DNA of 64,000 nucleotides, from positions 42,634 to 106,633 of the forward strand of contig JBAZCA010000002.1 in the NCBI GenBank assembly GCA_041671125.1, written 5' to 3'. Both the position numbers and the translations under genes were made by a program. Source of the stretch: Patescibacteria group bacterium. GTDB taxonomy: Bacteria > Patescibacteriota > Patescibacteriia > Patescibacteriales > JBAZCA01. Within the stretch, counting starts at the first letter, position 1. Each line of letters begins with the position of its first letter. The notes below the pieces were generated by a model. That model saw only the letters and a list, made by a program, of their open reading frames with translations, did not search any database and was not told where the DNA came from. Below are positions 7,075-15,888 of the stretch, piece by piece.

Positions 7075-10000
7075 TTATTTATTCGGATCTTTAACAAAAG
7101 TAACGAAGAGAACCGGAACCATGAAAAGGGTCATGAACGAGGAAAGCATGAGCCCGAAAATAATCGCCGAACCGAGCGCCATCCACATCTCATTGGAAAG
7201 GGTGATCGGGATGATGCCGAAAATGGTGCAGATGGAAGTAATAAAGATCGCTTCCATCCGCGATTTTCCGGCGTCAATCACGGCGTCGTTAAAAGGAATA
7301 TTACTTTTTAAGTTCAGGTTGATTTTGTCTATGAGGATTATCGCGTTTTTTACGACAATGCCGAATAAAGCCAGGATGCCGATAAGTCCCGGAAAGCTTA
7401 AATTGATTCTCATAATCGCCAGGCCGAAAAACACGCCAATTAAAGCGAGCGGAATGGCGATTAGGACGATTATGGATTTTTTAAAGGAATTGAACTGGAT
7501 AATCATGGTGGAAATAATTAAGAGTCCGGCGATGGCCATGGCCCGAATTATGGAGAGGACGGATTCGGTATTTTCCTCGTTTTCGCCGCCGTAAACGATT
7601 GAATAGCCGGCCGGCATTTTATATTCTTCGGCTTTAGCCTGGAATTCGGAAAGGATCGCGGCCGGCCGGGTTTTTCCGGCGGCGCCGGCTGATAAAAGCA
7701 CGACGCGTTTTTGGTCAATCCGGGAAATCGTATCCACCGAAGGCTTTAATTCAATTTTCGCCACGTCTTTTAAGAAGACCGGCTGTTTCCTCAGATTCAG
7801 TAGCTGAATATTTTGCACGGCTTCAAGGTTTGGCAGGCGGCTTTTATCGTAGCGAGCCATGATTTTAATTTCTTTTCCATCCCGGATTACTTTGGTAACC
7901 TCGTTTCCGGAAATAGCCATCCGCAAAATTGAGCCGACATAGGACGCGTTTAAGTTATATAATTCCAGCCGGGCCGGATCAAGGGTAAAGGTGTATTCAG
8001 CCGGAGAATCCTTTAAAGATACATCGGCGTTAATCACGCCGGGAATAGCGGCGAGCGCGGGTTTTAAATCATTAGCAATGCGGTCAAGGGTTTCTAAATC
8101 ATCGCCTATGATCCGGGCCTCAAAAGCCGAACCGGCCGGCGGACCGCCCGAAGGGGTTGAAACGGTAATTTCCGCTTCTTTTATAGGTTCAAATTCTTCG
8201 CGCATTTTATCGGCGATTTCATAGGAGGCGATCTCCCTGTCATCTGGGTCCGAGAGGGTGACGGTAATGGAGGCGAGATGGGAGGAACTGGAAAGCCCGA
8301 TAGCAAAATCCCCTCCGGCGCCTTGCTGGCCGACTATTGTGGAAAAATTGGCGATGTCGGGATAAGCAAGGAGTTTTTCCTCAACCGAGCCGACAATCGC
8401 GTTAGTTTTTTCTAAAGCCAACCCGGTCGGGGCGCGGAAATTTATGTAGATAAATTCCTGATCCGAAACCGGGAAAAATTCCATCGGAACTACGCCGGTA
8501 ATCGGGAGGAGAATCGCGATTATGAACATGAAAAAAGTAAAACCGATGACCCCTAACCTTCTTTTCCGCGAAGAAAGAGCCATTCTTAAATATTTTTCAT
8601 AGACCGGCAGGATGGCGTTAAAGTTAATAATGCCGTGTTGGAGCCGGTTCCAAAGCGATTTTTTCGCGTGATCGCCGGCGTTTCTTAATTTTTCTTTTAT
8701 AAGATTATCATCTTTCCATTCGGCCGCTGAAAGCGCTTCATTTTTCGCGAGCTTCTCTTTACCCTCTTTCCGGTACCAGCGGAAAATAAAGAGGGCGGTT
8801 ATGGCCGGCAAAACCGCGAGGACATAGTAAATAACTTTTCCCTGCAGAACTAAAATTCCGGAGACGCCTAAGAGCAGGGCGATATAGAAGAATAAAAGGT
8901 TTTTTGTCAGGCGGACCCGTTCAAGAACCGCGGCTAAGGGGTGGTTAATCATCAGGGCGATAAAGAGGGAAGCGATAAGGGTAACTGAAACGGTAATCGG
9001 AATGGATTTAATAAATTCGCCGATGATGCCGGAAGAGGAAATTAACGGCAAAAACGCCCAGACGGTCGTCAGGGTGGTCGTCGTGAGCACGACTTTAAAA
9101 TCGTTTAAAACCAGGAGCACCGCCTCTTCGGGCGTGAATTTTCCGGTTCTTAAATATTGTTTGGTCGCGGAAACGACGACAATGGCGTCGTCAACGAGAA
9201 GCCCTAAAGATAAAAGCAGGGAAAATATGGAAAGGAAATTCAGGGTCAGCCCGGCCGATAACATCACGCCGAAACTGGTAAAAAATACCAAAGGGATGGC
9301 GAGGCCGGCGACTAAAGCTTCTTTCAGGCCGACGATTAAAAACAGGATGCCGAAAACAAGGATCAGGGTAAGGATAAAATCATGGGTAAGCTGGTCAAAA
9401 TCCATGCGGATATATTTTGCCATGTCAACTATAGTATCGTATTTTGTTCCTGCCGGGAGCTTTGCGACTTCCTCGTCAAGGATTTTCTTCGCTTCGTCAA
9501 CGGTATTAAGGACCGAGCCGCCGGTTTTTTTAACAATGGAAATCGTAACCGCTTCATCAGGCTCGGAGGCTTTAATGGAAAAGCGCGAAAGTACTGATTT
9601 TTCAATTGATTTTTCCCGGACTTCCGCGATGTCCCTTAAATAGAGTATAGCGCCCTCTTCGGTATGGAAAATCGGAATGTCGCCTAATTTTTTCGCGTCA
9701 AAAAACCGGGCGTCGGTGCGGACCGGATAGTTATATTCACTGCCTTTAAAGGTGCCGGAAGGGAAAGCCAGGTTAGTCGCGGCGATAATCCGGTTAGCGT
9801 CATCGGGCGAGATGCTGTAAAAGGTTAATTTTTGCGGATCATAAGCCACTTCAAATTCAAGGCTGTCGCCGCCGGAAACGTTTACTTCCCGGGCACCGGG
9901 AATTTTTTCCAGCTCATCTTTAATATCATCGGCGTATTTCCGGAGGGTTAGCCCGTCAAAGGGGCCGGTTAAAGCGACAGTCATGATCGGCTGGTCGTCA

Positions 10001-10485
10001 AAAGATATTTCCTGGACGACCGGGTCGTTCGCGTCCTCGGGCAGATCTTTTTTTAGGTTGTTTACCTGGTCGCGGAGTTTTCGCAAAGAGTCTTCAAGGT
10101 CTTCTTTAGCATCAAACTCAACCGTAACGGCTGAAAGGGAATTGGACGAGCTTGAAGAAAGTTTGCTAATACCCGGAATTCCCGAAACGCCGGTTTCAAT
10201 TTTTTTAGTAACCAGCTCTTCAATATCAGCCGGTGAAACGCCGGGATAGGTCGTTACGACGACGGCGATGGGGATTTTTACTTCCGGATTAGACTCGCGG
10301 GGAAGTTTTAAAAATGAGTAAATTCCCCAGGCGGACAGAAGCAGGATCATTAAAATAACCACCCGGAAGTTAGTAACGAAAAAATTCAGCCAAGTTTTTC
10401 TGAGTTCCGGCCGAAATTCAAGCTGTTCCAGATATAAGTGGTCCGAGGACTTGTGCTGGTTGTCTTCTTGTTTGAGATCAGGCAT
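7075..10485 (-). CDS. RND-family efflux transporter permease (AcrB/HAE-type)
   Basis: 1136 aa with 12 TM segments plus large periplasmic loops, typical AcrB architecture. Confidence 0.9.
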   Translation of the reverse strand: MPDLKQEDNQHKSSDHLYLEQLEFRPELRKTWLNFFVTNFRVVILMILLLSAWGIYSFLKLPRESNPEVKIPIAVVVTTYPGVSPADIEELVTKKIETGVSGIPGISKLSSSSSNSLSAVTVEFDAKEDLEDSLRKLRDQVNNLKKDLPEDANDPVVQEISFDDQPIMTVALTGPFDGLTLRKYADDIKDELEKIPGAREVNVSGGDSLEFEVAYDPQKLTFYSISPDDANRIIAATNLAFPSGTFKGSEYNYPVRTDARFFDAKKLGDIPIFHTEEGAILYLRDIAEVREKSIEKSVLSRFSIKASEPDEAVTISIVKKTGGSVLNTVDEAKKILDEEVAKLPAGTKYDTIVDMAKYIRMDFDQLTHDFILTLILVFGILFLIVGLKEALVAGLAIPLVFFTSFGVMLSAGLTLNFLSIFSLLLSLGLLVDDAIVVVSATKQYLRTGKFTPEEAVLLVLNDFKVVLTTTTLTTVWAFLPLISSSGIIGEFIKSIPITVSVTLIASLFIALMINHPLAAVLERVRLTKNLLFFYIALLLGVSGILVLQGKVIYYVLAVLPAITALFIFRWYRKEGKEKLAKNEALSAAEWKDDNLIKEKLRNAGDHAKKSLWNRLQHGIINFNAILPVYEKYLRMALSSRKRRLGVIGFTFFMFIIAILLPITGVVPMEFFPVSDQEFIYINFRAPTGLALEKTNAIVGSVEEKLLAYPDIANFSTIVGQQGAGGDFAIGLSSSSHLASITVTLSDPDDREIASYEIADKMREEFEPIKEAEITVSTPSGGPPAGSAFEARIIGDDLETLDRIANDLKPALAAIPGVINADVSLKDSPAEYTFTLDPARLELYNLNASYVGSILRMAISGNEVTKVIRDGKEIKIMARYDKSRLPNLEAVQNIQLLNLRKQPVFLKDVAKIELKPSVDTISRIDQKRVVLLSAGAAGKTRPAAILSEFQAKAEEYKMPAGYSIVYGGENEENTESVLSIIRAMAIAGLLIISTMIIQFNSFKKSIIVLIAIPLALIGVFFGLAIMRINLSFPGLIGILALFGIVVKNAIILIDKINLNLKSNIPFNDAVIDAGKSRMEAIFITSICTIFGIIPITLSNEMWMALGSAIIFGLMLSSFMTLFMVPVLFVTFVKDPNK

Positions 10486-10487
10486 AT

Positions 10488-10680
10488 TTGAAATAAATTA
10501 TCAATTACCAATGATCAATTTTCAATAAATTTTCAATTTTACAATGACCCAATTTTCAAACAATTCTGGAAATAAACACAAATTAAAGAATTGAAAATTG
10601 GATAATTGGAAATTCATTGATCATTGAAAATTGATCATTGAATATTATTAATCATTGGTAATTATTATCTAAGGTAGGTT
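10488..10680. repeat. palindromic short-tandem-repeat element (CAATTTTCAAT / ATGATCAAT units)
   Basis: Left arm CAATTACCAATGATCAATTTTCAAT... and right arm ...ATTGAAAATTGATCATTG...ATTGGTAATT are reverse complements. Lies between the RND and MFP genes. Confidence 0.6.
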
Positions 10681-12669
10681 GTTTACAACCACCGGATCGC
10701 CGTCAGCTATGAGCTTATTGCCATCGGTGATGATCAGCGTTTCTTTGGGCAGATTAATTTTTACTTCGGCGTTTTCACCTTCAACTTTGACGATTTCCAC
10801 TTCGGTTTTTTTTGCAATACCGTTTTCAATGGTAAAGACGTAATTGCCGCTTTGTCCGACTTCAATCGCCGAAAGCGGAAGGATGGCAGTATCGGGATTC
10901 TTCGCGGTTTTAGTGATCGGGATAATTACATCCATAACTGTCCCGAGGACGAATACACGAGCGCCTTCGGTTCCGGCCGGTACAGGTTGTTTTTTGTCTT
11001 TGGAGCCGCCCGCGATATCAGTCCGCTCGGGTCGGACTTCAATCTGGAAGCGCCGGGTCAGGCTGTCGGCTTGCGGGGTGACGGCGGTTACTGCGCCGGC
11101 ATAGGATTTTCCTTCGCTGTCCTTTATCTCGGCGGGCTGTCCTGGCCGGAAATAAAAGAGGTTATCCTGATCGGTGAAAAAAACTATTTTTACTTCTTCC
11201 GGCCGGCTTACTACGGCGAGAAGCTGACCGGCGGAAACCGCGTCGCCTGAGGAAACCAGTTTCTGCGTAACAGTGCCGTCAATCGGCGCGATGGCCAGGT
11301 GAATATCATAAAGCCCCTGAAGCGCCGTGGAAGCGTTTTGGTACTGGAGGCTCGCGATATCAAGCTGGCTTTTAGCGACCGAAACCTGCGAATCCAGTTT
11401 TGTTTTTATAGCTTCATACTGGTTAGCCGCCGACTGGTAGCCGAAATCAGCCGCGTCAGACTGGCTTTTATTTCCGGCTTTAAGGTTATTTAAATTCTGA
11501 GCCGCCTGGGCTTCCTGTTTTTTCGCGAGGTCATAAGCCTTTTCCAGCGCGTCCAAGGTAGTCGTATTATTCAAAGGGGTATTGGCTAAAAGCTGTTTAG
11601 CGCCGTTAACCTGGGCTATCGCGGCGCTAATCTGCGACTGAAAACCGGCGGCCTGCGACTGCAGTCCGGAAAGGGAAACTCCGGCGAGAGCGGTTTGCGG
11701 TAAGTCAACCGATGTTATGGTTTTATCAAAAAGGATTTTAACGCTGTCGGCGAGGCGTTTGGTTTTTTGGGCGAGGTCATAAGCGGCGTCAACTTTTTCA
11801 TTAAGATTTCCAAATCCGCCAGCCGAATATTTTTGGCTGGCCGCTTTGGCAATAGCGTAATTGTTTCTGGCCGCTGAAAGCGCGGCTGGATCAATGGCGC
11901 CGAGGTTGCTTTTATAGTTAAGGCTAACAACATTTTGATCATCCAGGGAGGCGATGTTGTTGGCGGATGAAATAATTGAAGCGGCTGTGTTCGCGGCTCC
12001 GTCGGTCGTTGTTTCGGCATTGTCTTTCGCGTCGGTTTCAGCCTGGCTCGCGGTTTTTTCGCGGTTTTCCAGGGTTAATTTCGCCTGGGCGGTCGCGGCT
12101 TTGGCGGTTTCCAGCGCCAGTTCGGCGGCTTTAACATTTTCCCCGGCCGAGCTCGCGGTATTGCCTTTTCCGGCTAAAGACTGGTTTCTGGCGATCTCGG
12201 CCTGAGCCAAATCTTTTTGGGATGTAATCAGCAGATTTTCGTAATTGGTTTCCGCCATCCGGTACGAAGCCAAAGCCTGCGAAACCGCGATTTGGGCTTG
12301 CCGGACCTGGCTGGAATTAAAACCGGCGGAAGAAGAACTGCCGTCAACGTCGTCAATCGTGGCGAGAGTGTCGCCCATAGTTACTTTGTCGCCGACGTTA
12401 AAATTTATTCCTTCGGCGTGTCCGGAAGTCCGGGCGAAAATTTTTGCTTCTTCCACGGCCGAAACGAGTCCTGAGTAGGTAAGGTTTTCTTTTAATTCGG
12501 AACTTTCTTTTATGCTCCGGGCTGAAACTGCTATTGGCTCTTTTAGTTCTTTGCCGGTTTCAGCGTCACTTTTACCGCAGGCGCTCGTTATCAGTAGGAC
12601 AGCAAGCAGAAGCAAACCCGCGGAAATATTTTTTATGATTGTTGATTTTTTTAGGATGTTCATATTCAT
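10669..12669 (-). CDS. RND efflux periplasmic adaptor (membrane fusion protein) lipoprotein with an extended coiled coil
   Basis: Lipobox ITSAC, biotinyl-lipoyl-like and beta-barrel segments, and a roughly 350 aa Ala/Gln-rich alpha-helical hairpin. Confidence 0.8.
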   Translation of the reverse strand: MNMNILKKSTIIKNISAGLLLLAVLLITSACGKSDAETGKELKEPIAVSARSIKESSELKENLTYSGLVSAVEEAKIFARTSGHAEGINFNVGDKVTMGDTLATIDDVDGSSSSAGFNSSQVRQAQIAVSQALASYRMAETNYENLLITSQKDLAQAEIARNQSLAGKGNTASSAGENVKAAELALETAKAATAQAKLTLENREKTASQAETDAKDNAETTTDGAANTAASIISSANNIASLDDQNVVSLNYKSNLGAIDPAALSAARNNYAIAKAASQKYSAGGFGNLNEKVDAAYDLAQKTKRLADSVKILFDKTITSVDLPQTALAGVSLSGLQSQAAGFQSQISAAIAQVNGAKQLLANTPLNNTTTLDALEKAYDLAKKQEAQAAQNLNNLKAGNKSQSDAADFGYQSAANQYEAIKTKLDSQVSVAKSQLDIASLQYQNASTALQGLYDIHLAIAPIDGTVTQKLVSSGDAVSAGQLLAVVSRPEEVKIVFFTDQDNLFYFRPGQPAEIKDSEGKSYAGAVTAVTPQADSLTRRFQIEVRPERTDIAGGSKDKKQPVPAGTEGARVFVLGTVMDVIIPITKTAKNPDTAILPLSAIEVGQSGNYVFTIENGIAKKTEVEIVKVEGENAEVKINLPKETLIITDGNKLIADGDPVVVNNLP

Positions 12670-13108
12670 GCTGGTTTAATAATATGTTTATTTTTTTTAA
12701 AAATTCATAATGCAAATTATTTTCCTTTTGACTGAATTCTTTTTCAAGGTCAAGGCTATCTTTATTGATTAATTTATGCGCTTCATCAAACTTATTTCTC
12801 CCTTTTTTAGTGAGGCTGACAAGGATTTTTCTTTTGTCTATTGCCCCGCTTTCAGGAATTAACCGTCTGATAAACCCTTTTTTTTCAAGGTTGTTAAGGC
12901 GTTGGGTTATATTGGATTTAGTGCCGCCTGTGAATTTTAAAATATCAGAAGGGGTAATCTTTTCATGGATATACAAAAACCCCATAATTTTAGCTGTCGT
13001 CATATTAAGCCCGATCGGATTCAGTACGTGTGCGTTCGCGAATTGCTCCAGTCGGGTAGCGGTGAGAATTATTAGCCTTGCGATGGATTTTTCTTTTAAG
13101 GGATGCAT
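12572..13108 (-). CDS. MarR-family transcriptional regulator
   Basis: wHTH (GGTKSNITQRLNNLEKKGFIRR). Its 3' end overlaps the MFP start by about 98 nt in another frame. Confidence 0.75.
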   Translation of the reverse strand: MHPLKEKSIARLIILTATRLEQFANAHVLNPIGLNMTTAKIMGFLYIHEKITPSDILKFTGGTKSNITQRLNNLEKKGFIRRLIPESGAIDKRKILVSLTKKGRNKFDEAHKLINKDSLDLEKEFSQKENNLHYEFLKKINILLNQHEYEHPKKINNHKKYFRGFASACCPTDNERLR

Positions 13109-13222
13109 AGGCGCAAATTTAGAAATATTAAACTAGTTTATCAGTTAACTAATCTATTTGTCAAGAGGGGGGCATGACAGATGGGGGTATGACAATAAGG
13201 GCGCGAATATTGTGTTTTTCCG

Positions 13223-13873
13223 GTGAAAACGCTAATATGGCTTAATATGAATAATAATAAAAAAATCAGCCTGGCTTTAATGAGCGCCTCGGCCTATACG
13301 GCGGCGCAAATTATCGCCAACGTGCTGTCAACCAAGATTACTCTTTTGCCGGTTATCGGCCTAGCCATGGACGGCGGGACAGTCCTTTATCCCCTGACTT
13401 TTACGCTTCGCGATTTTGTCCATAAGACCTGCGGTAAAAAAGGCGCCCGGACGGTCGTTATTTTCGCGGCTTTCTTGAGCTTGCTGGCGTTTTTCTTTTT
13501 CTGGCTGGTAGGAATTATGGCGAGCGATCCGGCCTGGACATTTCAAAATGATTACGAGAACATTCTTATGCCAATCGCCCGGATAACCTTAGCCAGCATA
13601 CTCGCCCAGGTTGTTTCGGAACTCATTGATACCGAAGTTTTCAGCGCGGTCTATAAAAAATTTAACGATATTACCGGTTCTTTAGTCTCTAATTTTATCG
13701 CCTTAATCGTTGACAGCGTTATATTCTGCCTGATTGCGTTTTTGGGAACTATGCCGTTTAGCACTGTTTTAAGTATTATTCTCTCCAATATTCTTATCAA
13801 ATTCATCATCAGCCTTATCTCGGCGCCGGCCATAAGGCTTATTCCGAGGACAGCGGAGGAAGACGATATGTAG
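13223..13873 (+). CDS. yhhQ: queuosine-precursor transporter (YhhQ/VUT family)
   Basis: Good similarity to the YhhQ fold (ITLLPVIGLAMDGGTVLYPLTFTLRDF). An alternative start at 13247 is possible. Confidence 0.75.
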   Translation: MKTLIWLNMNNNKKISLALMSASAYTAAQIIANVLSTKITLLPVIGLAMDGGTVLYPLTFTLRDFVHKTCGKKGARTVVIFAAFLSLLAFFFFWLVGIMASDPAWTFQNDYENILMPIARITLASILAQVVSELIDTEVFSAVYKKFNDITGSLVSNFIALIVDSVIFCLIAFLGTMPFSTVLSIILSNILIKFIISLISAPAIRLIPRTAEEDDM

Positions 13874-13905
13874 CCGTTTGAACAGGGAGTCGGATTTTTG
13901 TATGA

Positions 13906-14053
13906 TTAGACTGTAGAAGAATATTTTGTCATCCCGAGCGAAGCGAGGGATCTAATTGCTATGAACGCGTTTTCATGAAGATTAGATTTCTCGCCCTCCT
14001 TGCGTCGGGCTCGAAATGACAAAAAAATGGGGATGCGTTTTTACGCAGTCTAA
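13906..14053. mobile_element. MITE-like hairpin element, copy A
   Basis: Terminal inverted repeats TTAGACTGTAG / CGCAGTCTAA. The internal palindrome contains GTCATCCCGAGCGAAGCGAGGGATC. It is about 85-90% identical to the reverse complement of copy B. Confidence 0.5.
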
Positions 14054-14115
14054 CGATGTTAATGAAATATTAATCTTAATTTATAATGCTGAGTCAAAGG
14101 AAATGAATAATTTTT

Positions 14116-15444
14116 ATGGATAAGCTGAAAAAATCCGCCGTGCTATTATTCGGCCTGATAAACCTGGCGGTTATTTTTTTTCTTTGGGGAAAAAACGCGG
14201 CAATATTCGGTTCCTGGAATAACTTTTCACAAATACTCATAGCTTTTGGCCGGCTCTCAGGGCTTTTAGCGGCTTTTTTTATTCTTACTCAGCTCATATT
14301 AATCGGCCGGGTCGGCTGGGCGGAAAAAGTTTTCGGCCTGGATAAACTCTCCCGCGTCCACCACTTAAATGGTTTTTTCGCGCTCGCGTTCATTTTACTT
14401 CATCCGGTATTTCTCGGCTTTGGCTATGGATCGCTTACCGGCAATTCATACATAGAGCAGATGCTGGTTTTTCTTAACGGCTGGGAAGATATGTCCGGCG
14501 CTTTCTTATCAGCGGGAATTTTTGCCGGCGCGATGATTTTTTCTTTAGCCATAATAAGGAAAAAGTTAAAATACGAATCCTGGCTTTTTACCCATTTATT
14601 CGTCTACATCGCCGTAATCGCGGCCATCGGCCATCAGTTCGCGGTCGGGTCTGATCTTGGGACAAGAACTTTTTACCTTTATTTCGCCGGACTTTACGCG
14701 TTCGCTTTTTTAAACTTTTTCCTTTTCCGTTTTGGCCGGCCGCTTTTTAATTTTTATCGGCATGGTTTTTACGTAAAAGACGTTCGCCCCGAAACTGATA
14801 ACAGCACTTCAATCCGTATCAGCGGAAAAAACATGGAGCAATTTAAAGTTTGGCCCGGGCAATTCATGATTTTCCGTTTTATGGATTGGTCTTATATGCT
14901 GGAAGCCCACCCTTTTTCACTCTCCGGCCGCGCCGCGAACTATGATATCCGGATTACGATTAAAATGTCCGGCGACTTTACTTCAAAAGTAAGAGACATA
15001 AAACCCGGAACGCCGGTTTTAATTGACGGCCCGCACGGCGTATTCACGGAAAAGGCCGTTAAAAAAGAAAAAGCCCTCTTAATCGCCGGCGGAGTCGGAA
15101 TTACTCCCATCCGGACGCTCGCCGAAGCCATGCTGAAAAAAGGCCGGGACATAGCGCTTTTATATAACAACCGAACGAAAAAAGACATTATCTTTAAAGA
15201 AGAACTGGAAAAAATATCCGGCTTGGGGTCAATGAAGCTAGTCCATATTTTAAGCGCCGAGAAAAACTGGAAAGGCGAACAGGGCAGGATTGACGCGGAA
15301 AAAATCAGTCGTCTGGTTCCTGATTTTAGGGATCGCGATATTTTTTTATGCGGGCCGCCGCCGATGATGGAATCAATAAAAAAAGAATTAAAAGGCGCCG
15401 GATACGACCTTAAATATTTGCACTACGAAAAATTTTCGCTATAA
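14116..15444 (+). CDS. NOX-like ferric reductase (transmembrane heme domain, FAD-binding and NAD(P)H-binding FNR module)
   Basis: Ferric-reductase TM domain with bis-His motifs, HPFSLS (FAD-binding) and GGVGITP (NADPH-binding). Confidence 0.8.
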   Translation: MDKLKKSAVLLFGLINLAVIFFLWGKNAAIFGSWNNFSQILIAFGRLSGLLAAFFILTQLILIGRVGWAEKVFGLDKLSRVHHLNGFFALAFILLHPVFLGFGYGSLTGNSYIEQMLVFLNGWEDMSGAFLSAGIFAGAMIFSLAIIRKKLKYESWLFTHLFVYIAVIAAIGHQFAVGSDLGTRTFYLYFAGLYAFAFLNFFLFRFGRPLFNFYRHGFYVKDVRPETDNSTSIRISGKNMEQFKVWPGQFMIFRFMDWSYMLEAHPFSLSGRAANYDIRITIKMSGDFTSKVRDIKPGTPVLIDGPHGVFTEKAVKKEKALLIAGGVGITPIRTLAEAMLKKGRDIALLYNNRTKKDIIFKEELEKISGLGSMKLVHILSAEKNWKGEQGRIDAEKISRLVPDFRDRDIFLCGPPPMMESIKKELKGAGYDLKYLHYEKFSL

Positions 15445-15446
15445 AA

Positions 15447-15609
15447 TTAGACTATAGAAAAACGCAGCCAAAACCCCTCTTTTGTCATTTCGAGCCCGAC
15501 GCAAGGAGGGCGAGAAATCTAATCTTCGTGAAAACGCATTCATAGCAATTAGATCTCTCCCTCCGCTACGCTCCGGTCGAGATGACAAAAATATTGTTTT
15601 ACAGCCTAA
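15447..15609. mobile_element. MITE-like hairpin element, copy B (inverted relative to A)
   Basis: TTAGACTATAG...TGTCATTTCGAGCCCGACGCAAGGAGGGCGAGAAATCTAAT... is the reverse complement of the copy A core. Confidence 0.5.
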
Positions 15610-15675
15610 AAATAGATTTAATTTAATCTTAATCTAACCATGACAATATAGTTGTGGTTAGATTTTATTTGCTTT

Positions 15676-15875
15676 CTGTCATCCTGAGGCCGATTAGGCC
15701 GAAGGATCTACGAACACAGCAATCTCCTAAACATGAATCGCTTAATTAAGCGTATCTATAAAAGCGACATTAATATTTTAATCACATCCGCAGATCCCCG
15801 CCCGACTGAACGCCCGCCCGACTGAACGTCGTTCGGGCGGGCTTCGTCCCGAATATTCGGGTCTCAGGGTGACAG
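15676..15875. mobile_element. related MITE-like element, copy C
   Basis: Terminal inverted repeats CTGTCATCCTGAGG / CTCAGGGTGACAG. An internal direct repeat CGCCCGACTGAACG occurs twice. It abuts the start of the LUD gene. Confidence 0.4.
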
Positions 15876-15888
15876 ATAGATAAAACAT

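Noticed and set aside
10488-10680. Tandem short repeats in several spacers considered as CRISPR arrays
   Set aside because: Units are 7-12 nt, contiguous or near-contiguous with no unique spacers. The arms are inverted complements. No cas genes are present.
12572-12669. 98-nt out-of-frame overlap between the MarR tail and the adaptor start considered as an annotation error
   Set aside because: Not rejected outright. Both ORFs have homology-supported bodies and the overlap is only in the low-complexity MarR tail, so both were kept and flagged.
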